A stretch of 53,845 bases of DNA, counting the filler, from Jimgerdemannia flammicorona (taxonomy: Eukaryota): assembly GCA_003990765.1 (NCBI GenBank). It is 2 parts of 2 records of this genome, joined end to end, with 100 filler letters (N's around TTAATTAATTAA, not from the genome) between each part and the next. Parts side by side here need not be neighbours in the genome. Positions count along the whole stretch, not along the records: positions 1 to 26,875 come from RBNJ01000686.1; positions 26,976 to 53,845 come from RBNJ01000687.1. The stretch is one strand, 5' to 3'. Both the position numbers and the translations under genes were made by a program. Below the pieces are notes generated by a model. The model saw only the letters and a program-made list of their open reading frames with translations. It searched no databases and had not been told where the DNA came from. This document shows positions 24,117 to 34,954 of the stretch, piece by piece; position 1 is the first letter of the stretch; the number at the start of each line of letters is the position of its first letter.

Positions 24117-26310
24117 ATGCCAATTCAACTAAGCTGGTCTTAGTTTCTTGAACTTCCTGAAATATGGAAAATCCTGAATATCCAGAACTAGTCCGAAAAA
24201 GGACTTTGGTTGAGACGTCAATCTGATCTTGAAATCAATAAGTATAGAGGACGTACTCCATACGAAATTGATCTTGACCATAAGAAAACGGTCTTCCAGA
24301 ATATCCAGAACCTCCAGAAAACCCTTCCAGAACTACGTAATGGTTACCTTAAAAAGCAACCCTCTTACAACTTGATAGCAGCGGTTCACAATCCAATTCC
24401 ACTTCAAGATGCTTCCTCACCCTGCTACAAACCCTTCCGAGAATTCCTACAAGTTGGTATAAAGCCCAACCTCTGAACTGGAATTTATCCTGAACTATCT
24501 GACAATCTGGAGAGAATTGAACCTGACGTACAAGGACAATTTGACCTCCACACCTGCAACAAGTGGGATAAACTTCATTCAAAGAAAGAAGTACTCAGGT
24601 TAAACCAGCAAATAGGGGAAACCCTATTCACCGAACTCCTTGCACTACACCCAGCAAGTCAAGATGAAGAAGGTCTTATTGAAGCCTTCTTTACTCTTCT
24701 CAACAAGAGTTTTGTCAGCTCCACAAATCCGAGTGACCTAGGACAACCAGCAGCAGTCTTTCTAGCCTTAGTTCCTCACAAAGCCCAAGCCTCTGTAGCC
24801 AAGTGGCTCAACTCTACCAACTTTCACCACACCAGGACCAAGACTGCCTTATACTACTGATTCCAGAACAGCAAGGCCCATCATATCCTTAAAGAAGAAG
24901 CAAGAGAAACCCTTCATCAACTACCTGACCCCGAACCTGAAGCAGGCCCTGCTACAGCCCTACCTGAATCTGAAACTAATACTGAACCTGAACTTGACTT
25001 TGAATTAAGTCTGTCTGAAATCAGATATACAACTGATTCTGTCTACTTTGATGCCGAGCAAACCCAATTACACGGGGACCAAACTGAAGAAGAGGAGGAG
25101 TATCTCAGTGAATTCGATCCCAGATATACCACCGAAGGAGAAGCACCTCCATCAGGACAGAATACACCTACTCAGCAACAAACAGCTACCTATCAAGCCC
25201 TTACTCCAGATCCACAACTACTACTCCAGCAACTTACACAGACCCAAAGAACCCCATCACACTCTGCACCAGTACCTCAAGTAGTACCAGTAACACCACT
25301 ACCAGCAGTCTAACCACCTCCAGTAAACAACATGGCAAACCAACAGATTCTAGATCTCACAGCCCAGGTAGCCATAATGGCAGCAACCATTACTGCCTTA
25401 GCTGAACAGACCCAACCTACCAAAAATCTGAGCCTACCTATCTTCAATGGTACTGCACAAGAAGTCCAAAGCTTCATTAGTGTAGTTGACACCAACTTTG
25501 AAGCCAATTAATGGACTAATGAGCGAGTTGCTGACTGCATTCTGATAAACAATCAAGACCACACTCTGGAACAACTCTTTGCTACCACTACAGCCTATGT
25601 CCGCCGAGTTGTTATGACCTGCCGAAGAATGGTGGCGAACCCTTCCTGAAAAACCCCTCATATGAGATACCTGACCTGCAGTAGTTGCTCAGAATGTAGC
25701 AAACAATGCCCCAGGATATGGAGCCCATCCTGCAGCCCCTGGACTCAAACAACTCATGATTGCCCAATACTGCAGTGAAACCATGATCGCTGAATCTCGA
25801 GTAAAACTCTGCAACCTCAAATTTGATATACATGGCAAAGAAGAATTTGAAACCTTCTGTACAAAACTTGAGTCACTCCTGAACACTGTTGGCCTAGGAT
25901 ACATTGCCAATGATGAAGCATGAAATGGTACAAGAGTAGACCATTTATTCGATGCTCTGCCTGAATGGCTTACTAGAAAAATCTGAGAACAAGGCCGCCC
26001 AGTTGGTTGTGATCACCAACAATGGTGCCTGGCAAGAATCAAGACTATGGTCAAGTGAATCCTAACAGCTGGACCAATTCTGCCCCAAAGGCAATTCAAT
26101 AACAAGAAAAAGACTTGGACCAAGAAAGAAGAACTCAAGCATGAAGCATCTCAAGCTCCCTCCATATCCACCTCTTGGACACCCAGAAATCCTGAACCCA
26201 CCCAGCCCAGTACCTTCAAGAAACTTACCGAAGGCGAAAGGAATGAACTTCGAAGAAGCGGAGCATACTTCTATTGCCGAAAGACAGGACACATGGCCAG
26301 TGCCTGCCCT
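24117..26310 (+). pseudogene. gag: gag of element B with ~405-codon N-terminal extension
   Basis: ATG 24117 is in frame with MANQQIL at 25332; knuckle AYFYCRKTGHMASACP at ~26263-26310; scattered stops. Confidence 0.75.
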
Positions 26311-26391
26311 AACCGAAAACCCTGAACAGCAACACGAGCAACTGTTACCACTCTGCACCACCTCAACAACCTGACCACCAGAACACTAGAC

Positions 26392-26793
26392 TTTGTCAAG
26401 TTAAGACAAACTGCTAAGGCCCCAACCAAAGGAAGTCAAAAAGCAGCCGGATATGACCTGTATGCAGCTGAAGAAGCTACAGTCTCCAACCGAGAAGTCA
26501 AACAAGTCTACACAGGAATCAGTATCCAAATCTCTGAAGGACATGTTGGAAGAATATGCTGTCGCAGCAGCCTAGCACTGAAAGGACTCTCAGTAGAAGG
26601 AGGAGTCATTGACGAGGATTACACAGGCGAAATTATTGTCCTCATCTGAAACTACAGTTGGACACTCTTCAAGATCCCTATTGGTTTCTGCAATGCCCAG
26701 ATCATATTCAAAAAAATCGAGTCAACTCTGACAGTCAAGGAAGTCTCTGAACTACTGCCCACCATCCGAGGATCCAAAGGATTTGGCTCATCA
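26392..26793 (+). pseudogene. dut: dUTPase fused in frame directly after the gag zinc knuckle (element B)
   Basis: AAGYDLYA, RSSLA, EGGVIDEDYTGEI, NAQ, RGSKGFGSS; one TGA inside. Confidence 0.96.
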
Positions 26794-26875
26794 AACAAGG
26801 CCCCAGCACAACTTACCATGAGCAAAGAAGAACAATTCTACAAGAAGATCGAAGATGGATATGTACCAAGTGGCT

Positions 26876-26975
26876 NNNNNNNNNNNNNNNNNNNNNNNNN
26901 NNNNNNNNNNNNNNNNNNNTTAATTAATTAANNNNNNNNNNNNNNNNNNNNNNNNNNNNNNNNNNNNNNNNNNNN
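26876..26975. other. Artificial scaffold gap / six-frame-stop linker
   Basis: 44 N + TTAATTAATTAA (26920-26931) + 44 N = 100 nt. Confidence 0.95.
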
Positions 26976-27859
26976 GACCTGAGGGAATTCCTGGCAGAAG
27001 AGGTTTCTTATTTTATATTCTTACTATATCCAGAGATATTCAGTAGTGATAGTGATCCTTGTTTCTATTTTATGGCAGTAGAGGATAAAGTAGTAAAGGT
27101 CACCAGTACTCAGGTTGAGGCTAGGAGTCCTTCTGGTGCAGGTCCTCATAGCTCTCCTGATGTCTTAAAATATTTTTTCTTAAACTGAGAAGTCCTGGTA
27201 GTTTCTGGACCTTGAGGTTTGGTGAGTGGTAGACATTTTATTTATAGTGAGTCTTTGAACTATTTTAGGATTTTGTAAGTCTTGTTTAAGTTGCTACTAC
27301 TGTGGTTTTTTAGTTCTTCTTTTATATTTCTTGAGATGTCTATCTTATAGTTATGATGACTCATAGTTGGTCATCATTGCTCATCTTATAGCCTAAGTGA
27401 GTCATACTATATGATCATCTTATACTCTAATCTGGTAACTTGAAAGGAAAGACTGTCTTCTGTAATGATATTATCATTCTGTTACATCTTTCTCCTGAAT
27501 AAGAATCTTCTCTTGAATATCCTTATTCATTGATCTAGTTTGAAAAATTTGCTAATTCCATAACCTCTGACAGAGGGTCAAAAAGTGGTGTTTATAGACT
27601 GGTATCTTTCTTATATATTTTGGTATAATGGTGAAGAGTCACTTTCTTTATATAGAGCAAGGGCCTGATTCTGATCTTAACTAATCAGTTGATGGTTCAA
27701 ACTTCTCTGACTTCAAAAGTCTTACAAATAAGTAGTTGCTGATACTATATCCCTTAGAGAATAGTTCAGACAGATTGCCTACTAGTCATGAGACATACTG
27801 TTATAATTTACAGACTAGAATCTCATGGGTGGTCATCATATTTTACTTCTCTTATATAG

Positions 27860-30320
27860 ATTCATAGTACTTCTTAAGTCTGTTCCTATATATTGTAGTA
27901 GATAGTATGGTCTCTGAGAGTTTTCTAAGCCAGAAGGTAGTTCTTTTAATATCTTACATATAGAAAGGTTCTTCCCATTTAGGCTCTAGTTTTTATAACT
28001 ATGTATGAGGTTTCTACCATATTTCAATATAGTAGAATCTTTTCTCCAATTTGAATGAGTTTTAGGGTCTTGTGATTATTTTTTACATTCTTTCTTATTA
28101 ACACTTATAACTTGATAATATAATCTTCTATCTTCTTTCTGATTTGGCATAGTCTCTAGATTTTTGAGTCAATCTATCACTAAGTTAGATCTAGATTTGT
28201 AGCTGAGGTTCCATTAGAATCTTCTTCTCCAAAGAGTAGTTCTTTTGGAGTAAAGTGTATACTCTGTAACTATATATCTCATAAGATAGAGAGGGTAATT
28301 GAGAGGTAGTTATTCCAATTCTCATATATATCTGAGATCTTGGTCAGAATATTCTTGAGGGTCTTATTGGTTCTTTCTATCTGTCTATTTCCTTAAGAGT
28401 GATATGCAGTAGTCTTGATATGCTGAATCTTGTATTTCTGATATATTATTTTATAGAATCTGTTGATAAATTCTGTACTGTAGTTTGTGGTAATTTGTCT
28501 TGATATCTTATAGCAGTAGATGATTTCTTGGTATAAGAAGTTAGTAATAAAGAGAGCATTGGCTTCTTATAGTACTCCTGCTTCTATCTATTTGATAAAG
28601 AGATCTACAATAACTATAATATAGTAGTTTCTTAATAGAGTTACTGGTAGTAGTCTAATAATATCTATTGTGATGTGGTGGAAGGGGATAGATTTGATTC
28701 TTGATAACCCAGATACTTGATCTTGCTGATCTTGTTTCTGTTTTTGATACTTGTCACACTCTTTGATAAATTGAAATAGATCTTCTTCTATCTTAGATTA
28801 CTATATGATTCTTCTTGTCTTGTTATATATATTGGTTCTTCCTAAATATCCTTGTTTGTATACTTTCTTCATTATTTGATACTTCTTATATTTAGATATA
28901 ACAAGCTTTTCTCTTTTTCTAAGTATGATGTTATCTAGTTCAAATTATTTCCAAGTCTGATTAATAATAGTAATAGTCCAGGGTTCAAGGTAGTTGGACA
29001 TCTTCTACTGTCCAAGATAGCTGATTAATCTATAGTATAGCTCCTTATTTATGTTGAATAGTCTTGATGAGGTTATTTCAGAGTATCCTTGAAAGTATAT
29101 CAGTATTGGCATTGGTTTTTTCTGAGTAGTATTTGATAGTACAGTCATACTCCTGCAGTCTATAGATCTATCTAGTATATATTCCTTTGGGATTTAGAGT
29201 ATGGAATAGCTAGATAAGAGTAGAATGATTTGTTTGAATAGTGTAGTATTTTCCAGCTAGGTAGTAGTAGAACTTGTCTACTATCCAAACTACTGCTAAG
29301 CATTCAAGCTTACATAACTTGTAGTTCTGTTCTACTTTGTATGTAAGTATCTCAGCTTACATAAGAGATGACATATTCATATCTATCTTTCTTCTGAGCT
29401 AGTACTGTTCTAAGTTCTATAACACTTACATCTATCTGCAGAATGAACTCTAGGTTCCAATCTGGTCTTCTGAGGATGGGTGCTTGGGTCAACCTGATCT
29501 TGAGTTTATTGAAGGTTTCTTGACATTCCTTGGTCCATTCAAATTTGATCTTCTTCTTCAGTAGCTTGTAGATAGATACTGCAATATTAGAGTATTCTTT
29601 GATGGATCCTCTGTAGTAAGAGGCTAGTCCAAAGAAGGTATAGACTTCTGTAGTTGTTCTAAGTCTTAGATAGGCTATGACAGCCTCAATCTTCATAGAG
29701 TTCATATAAATTTCAGTCTGGTTGATGATGTGTCCTAGGTAGGCAATTTTCTAAGCTGTAAACTTGTACTTTTTTGAGCTTGATGTAGAAGCCATGCTCC
29801 TTGAGATTCTTGAGAGCTAGCTGTATATGATTGATATATTTCTGTACAGTATTGCTAAAGATGATCATATCATCAATATAGACAAAGAGTCATTTCCTGA
29901 TTTCATTACTGAAAACTCTATTCATTATTTGCTGAAAACTTATTAGGGCATTGTACATTCCAAATAATATTTATAGATAAACATAGATGGTGTTAGATGT
30001 GATGAAGGCTAATTTCTCACTGGTATCTTGAGTGAGACAATCTGATAGAAGTCTGAGAATTGATCCAAGATGGTATAGTATTTGGCTTTACTTTTAAGAG
30101 TGATAAGAATTTTTTTAATATTTGGTAAGGACTATCTATCCTTTTTGGTGATTATATTGAGCTTCCTGTAATCAATACAGAGTCTTGGGGCAAACTCTCC
30201 AGGCTTGTTTCCTTTGGGGCAAGGATAATGGGTGAAGCCCAGAGACTAATAGCTTGCTTGATAATATTAGCTTCTTCTATTTTTTTGAGTTCTGCTTATA
30301 GCTATTCTCTATAGGCAGGT
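27860..30320 (-). pseudogene. pol: RT-RNase H-integrase of element C
   Basis: ORF 29352-29705 FFGLASYYR..LTQAPIL..FILQIDVS; CDKYQK; IDIIRLL; KLEPKWEEPF. Confidence 0.9.
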
Positions 30321-30556
30321 AGTATGGGTCTGACTTTCTGATAGATGAGCTTGATATTACTAGTATCAACTTTATGATAGTACTTGGGTTCTTGGTTTTG
30401 AATATCTCTGAAGTCTATAGCAAGTACTCCTTCATTCTGATGCAGAATCTTGAGAAGTTGTAAAGTTTTCTCCAATGGTATATGTATGCTTATTCTGGTT
30501 CTTGTCTTTCCTGTGCTCAAGTTTGGTAATCTTGGTAACAGTATAGGCTCCTCTTC

Positions 30557-30950
30557 CAGTAGATCTAAAGTCTTGTTCTTCTCTTTTAGTCTTGATGAGT
30601 TTGATGGCTTCAGTGATCTTAGGCTTCTTAACTTCATAGATCAGCATCTGGCCAATTCTATCATACTTCTTGACTTCAAATAGAGTAGTGGGATTGTGAT
30701 TCCTAACTATAAGAAAGATCTCACCAGTATAATTGAGGTCAATAACTCCTCCTTCAACTGAGATTTCACTCTTGATCAGACTGCTCCTAGTTTTGATAAT
30801 TCTGATATAGTTCTTTAATAACTTGACTCCAATTCAAGTACCAAATAGAGTGGTAGTCTGTGGTTCAAGGATATCATCTTAGATACTGACAAGGTCTATT
30901 CCTATTCTTATATTCTGAGATCTTAGCTTCAGGGTAAAACTTCTTGATCT
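30557..30950 (-). pseudogene. dut: dUTPase domain of element C, between PR and RT
   Basis: TRSSL, EGGVIDLNYTGEIFLIVRN, DRIGQML, REEQDFRSTG (RG.QGFGSTG). Confidence 0.92.
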
Positions 30951-33900
30951 TGAGAGTAATGTCTAGTTCTTATTTCTCCTCATTATTACTATCAGCTTGA
31001 AGCTCTGGAGGCTGGTCATCTTCTTCAGCTTTCTTTTTTACTTCAACAGCTTCTTACTTATACCTTTGTTGATGGATTTTTCTGACTTTACTGATATAGG
31101 ACCAGCAGTTATTTAGGTATTTGGAGCAGTATATTCTAGCACCATGGGGACATCTTTCTTGAGGAGTATAGCTATTGATGATCTTGTTATATCACTGCTC
31201 ATCTGTGAGCTTAGTTGTCTTACTCTTATTCTTATACACCAAGTACATAAAGACTTCTGTGTCCTCTTTATCTCATTCCTCCATGTCTGATAGTACTCCT
31301 TTGTGGATATTGATAGAGACTCATATCTTTCTTCCTCTATAGTTGATCTATATCTTCTAGTCATTGAGGTCAATAATAGCCTTGGTCTTGTGAAGCCATT
31401 GATTATTAATGAGGATGTCATTGTTAGTGGTATTTGTAATAATCATATCTACTGAGATGATAGCTCTTTCAATCTTGATGGAGATTTCTTAGATCTTGTC
31501 TAGAGAGGTAGCTTGTATACTATTTGCTATAACATAGACCATTTTGGTAGATTCTTCAATGTTCCAGCCTAGGCAGTCAATTGTCTTCTTACTTATGAGG
31601 TATCCTTTAGTACTGGGATCAATGATAGCATCAAAGATACAATCTTCAATCTGATATTAGATATAGGCTGAGGTCTTGTACTAATCTTCAAATTCTTTAT
31701 CTGAGTCTTCTTGTTCATCTTTTTGTATATTGTGAGCTTCTATGATCTTATACTCTTGGTTCTTGACAGTAGTTGTAAGTCCTACCCTCAACTGCTGTCT
31801 GAAGGTGGGAACTTCTGCTAGTTGTCCAAAAGTAGTATTAACCTTCTGTTCCTTAAGATTCTTGTAGATATTATACTAATGGATCTTGATCTTATATAGC
31901 TTCTGTTCTTTCTTGCTTTTACTTTCTTCTGAGACTGGAGTAGTACCTTTAATAATTTTGTGGGCAGCTTCATCTAACTCTATGTCTTGATTAATATTCT
32001 CAGATTGGGTCTTACTTTGAATAATAATAATTGAGGTCTTTTTTAGTCTTTCAACTGACTTGCTATTATCCTTCTTATCATAGGGCTTGGACTGGATTTT
32101 GGTATCTTTAGTAATAAGGTAGAATTCAGGCTTCTTATAGTATTCTTCATCATTAGTATCACTAATCTCCTCAATGACTACTACATTGGTTTGTTCTCTG
32201 GTTCTGGTAATATTACTTAGTTGAGCTCTATATCTTATTTTGGTCATGCAATTCTTTGCATAGTGGCCTTCTTCTCTATATTTGAAGCATATAATGGTGT
32301 ATTCCTCTATAGTTGCTGTAAACTTCTATACTGGTCTCCTGTTGACACTTTATACTTCTCTAATAACATCACTAAGATATACAGTTATCTTGACAAACTG
32401 CTGGGTGAGTTTCTCTACTGGATCAGCTTTGGTCATCTTGGAGGTAGGTGGAGATAGTTGTCTATTGAGAGCTGTGATGAGTATGATATTGGTTAGCTTT
32501 GGTAGCTCTATCTTGATGCCAGTTATCCTTTTCATTGAATATTTAGCAGGGTATCTGGTAGTTCAATATCTCTGTACAAAGACCATTTTCTGGTCAAATG
32601 TCAGAGCAACTGGAGTAGACTAGATTGCTAGAGCAATTTCATAGTAGACTCCTTTTAGAAAGATTGAATCAGCTATCTATTCCTTAAGGACATCATCATA
32701 GCTAGCCAAGATAATCTAGTGGTAGATTTGAGTATAGAATAAGTTGAGGTCTTTATTGAGTCCTTGGCAGATAGTATTAAGTTATTCTTAGAGAACTTGC
32801 TTGATCTCTTCAGTATAGTATATAGTTCTGAGGAAGTTCTTTATGTTGGTAAGTTTGACTGCACTATTATCAGCAATGGTGGTTATATTGAACTTATCTC
32901 TGATAGATCCTCTGAGGTTGATAGATAGAAGGGCTAGTTGTGCTTCAATACTAAGAGCTCATATGGTGGCAAATTGTTCAAAGTCTTCAATGAAAGTCAA
33001 GATTGACTCTTCAGTAATAAATCTATAGAATGTGGAGAGACTTGTTTCTATCTTGTCTTAAATTCTTATAGGAGTAACTCTTATAGTTAGAGTAGTTGTT
33101 GTGGTGATTATTTATTATTCAGCTTGAAAGTGAGTGATCCTAATGATATTATCAGTCAATGGGTACCAAGTTGTCACATAGTAGGTACTAAGTTCTCCAA
33201 GTATATCAGATTCTCTTCAAGGTATATCTCTTAGATCAACTATAAGTTTTTATAAGCAAGTTCTGTTGGAGTACCTTCTCAAGATCTTATAGTCCTTAAA
33301 CTTCTTATCTTTAAACTATTCTGTTATCTCTTAAATTTACTTATATAGAATTGAGTAGAGAACTGAAACTTTTGCACTCTTAAGTAGTTGAGTACTTGAA
33401 TACTTGAGTGTTTTAATACTGACTTTATTTTAAAGAAATGAGAGGGGTATTTATACAAAATATAATTCAATAGTTGCTAAGATATAAAGCTAAATATAAA
33501 ATCTAATAATTAAATAAGATATTTGAATATAGAAAACTTCAGATTATAAGTACAAATTTGAGTATATATATAATTGGTTATACAAAATCAGAATTTTGAA
33601 TAATTTCTAACTGTTATATAAGATCAGAATACCAGAACATTCAAGTGTTCAAACAAATAGTTATATAAATAAATTAGAGTAAAATATTCAAAATTCTAGA
33701 GACTTTGTCTTTATTACTGTTATCAAGACTAGAGATTAGAAATAGAATGTCTTTGAAGAAAATAAGGTCAGCAAACATTTCTGTTTTATTTATTTTATAT
33801 GTGTCAATTAGTAGGAAAATATCATTGCTAGTGATATTATTATATTAAATAGCAGCAGGAAGAAGATCAGAGGCTCTTTAATCTATGATATTTTCTTCTA

Positions 33901-34752
33901 CAAAGTAGGAGACAAAGGTGGGATCTTAAGGGAATCTGATCTGGATACTGGGGCCTTAGAATAATAAGATTAATTCTTACAGAAATTGATCTAGATTGTC
34001 CTTGAGAATGAGATTCTAGAACTCTTCTATCTCATTACTTTTAAGAGTAATGGTGAATTAGATTTCTGTGGCCACTATGGCCTCTAGTATATTCATATAG
34101 TAGGCTGACAATTTCTTGAAGTCTGAGACTTTGGTATACTCCAAGTTAGAGATTGACTAAGGTATATGCCTAAAGACCTGATGGATCTTTTTGATTACTC
34201 TTAATTCATATACATCTATAAAAGTGGTATCTTGTATCTTTAGAGACTGGTCTGAGGGAATTTCCAGTAGAGAAGATTTCTTATTTTGTATTTCTGCCAC
34301 ATCCAGAGATATTCAGTAGTAGTAGTGATTCTTATCTCTATTTTACAGTAGTAGAGGGTATAGTGGTAAGGGTCACCAGTACTCAAGTTAAAGCTAGGAA
34401 TCCTTCTAGTGCAGGTCCTTATAGCTCTATTGATATCTTGGAATATCCTTTCTTGGACTGAGAAGTCTTGGTAGTTTCTGGACCTTGCAGTTTGATGAGC
34501 AGTAGATATTTTATTTATAGTGAGTCTTTTGAACTATTTTGGGATTTTGTGAGTCTTGTTTGCATTACTGCTGCTGTAGTTTCTTAGTTCTTCTTTTATA
34601 TTTCTTGAGATTTGTAATAATCATAACTCATGGTTTATTATCATTACTCATCTTGTAGTCTGGGTGAGTTATGCTATATGATCTTCTTATACTCTAATCT
34701 AGTAGTTTATAAGGTTCTGTGATGATGTTACTATTCTGAGATTACTATCACA

Positions 34753-34954
34753 ATATATAGCATATTTGTATCTATTATGTATAATTGATATTCCAAGAAG
34801 ATAGGATATATTATCCATATCTGTCATCTTGAATTTCTGATATAGTATTACCTTTACATCATTAATCTTACTTGCTATCTCAACCAGAATAATATCATCA
34901 ATTCAAATTCCTAGATATATCATTTCTAAGAATATATACAAGATATAAATATAT
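34753..34954 (-). pseudogene. Ty1/copia RT core fragment stranded between two gypsy insertions
   Basis: Minus strand MIYLGI*IDDIILV..VKVILYQKFKMTDMD..YLLGI; continues the copia relic beyond 39414. Confidence 0.85.

Larger units (their letters stand above)
20562..26875 (+). mobile_element. Young gypsy-like LTR retroelement B (long LTR-like region with ORF, extended gag, NC-dUTPase), truncated by the assembly gap
   Basis: Abrupt rise in GC and CpG; gag capsid-like LPIFNG..SFI, CCHC knuckle, dUTPase; RT not in window, so superfamily is inferred; left boundary uncertain. Confidence 0.8.
26976..34752 (-). mobile_element. Near-complete degenerate Ty3/gypsy element C (5' LTR 33172-34752; partial 3' LTR 26976-27486)
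   Basis: LTR TGTGAT..TGTGACA; PBS ACTTGGTACCCA 33160-33171; knuckle CFKYREEGHYAKNC ~32247-32290; PR DAIIDPS ~31620; RT RLCIDYRKLN, YIDD ~29875; IN; PPT AGGAGAAAGA 27487-27496. Confidence 0.94.

Noticed and set aside
26876..26975. Palindromic TTAATTAATTAA within N runs
   Set aside because: Symmetric 44N-12-44N linker with stops in all frames: an assembly artefact. Adjacency of elements B and C cannot be assumed.
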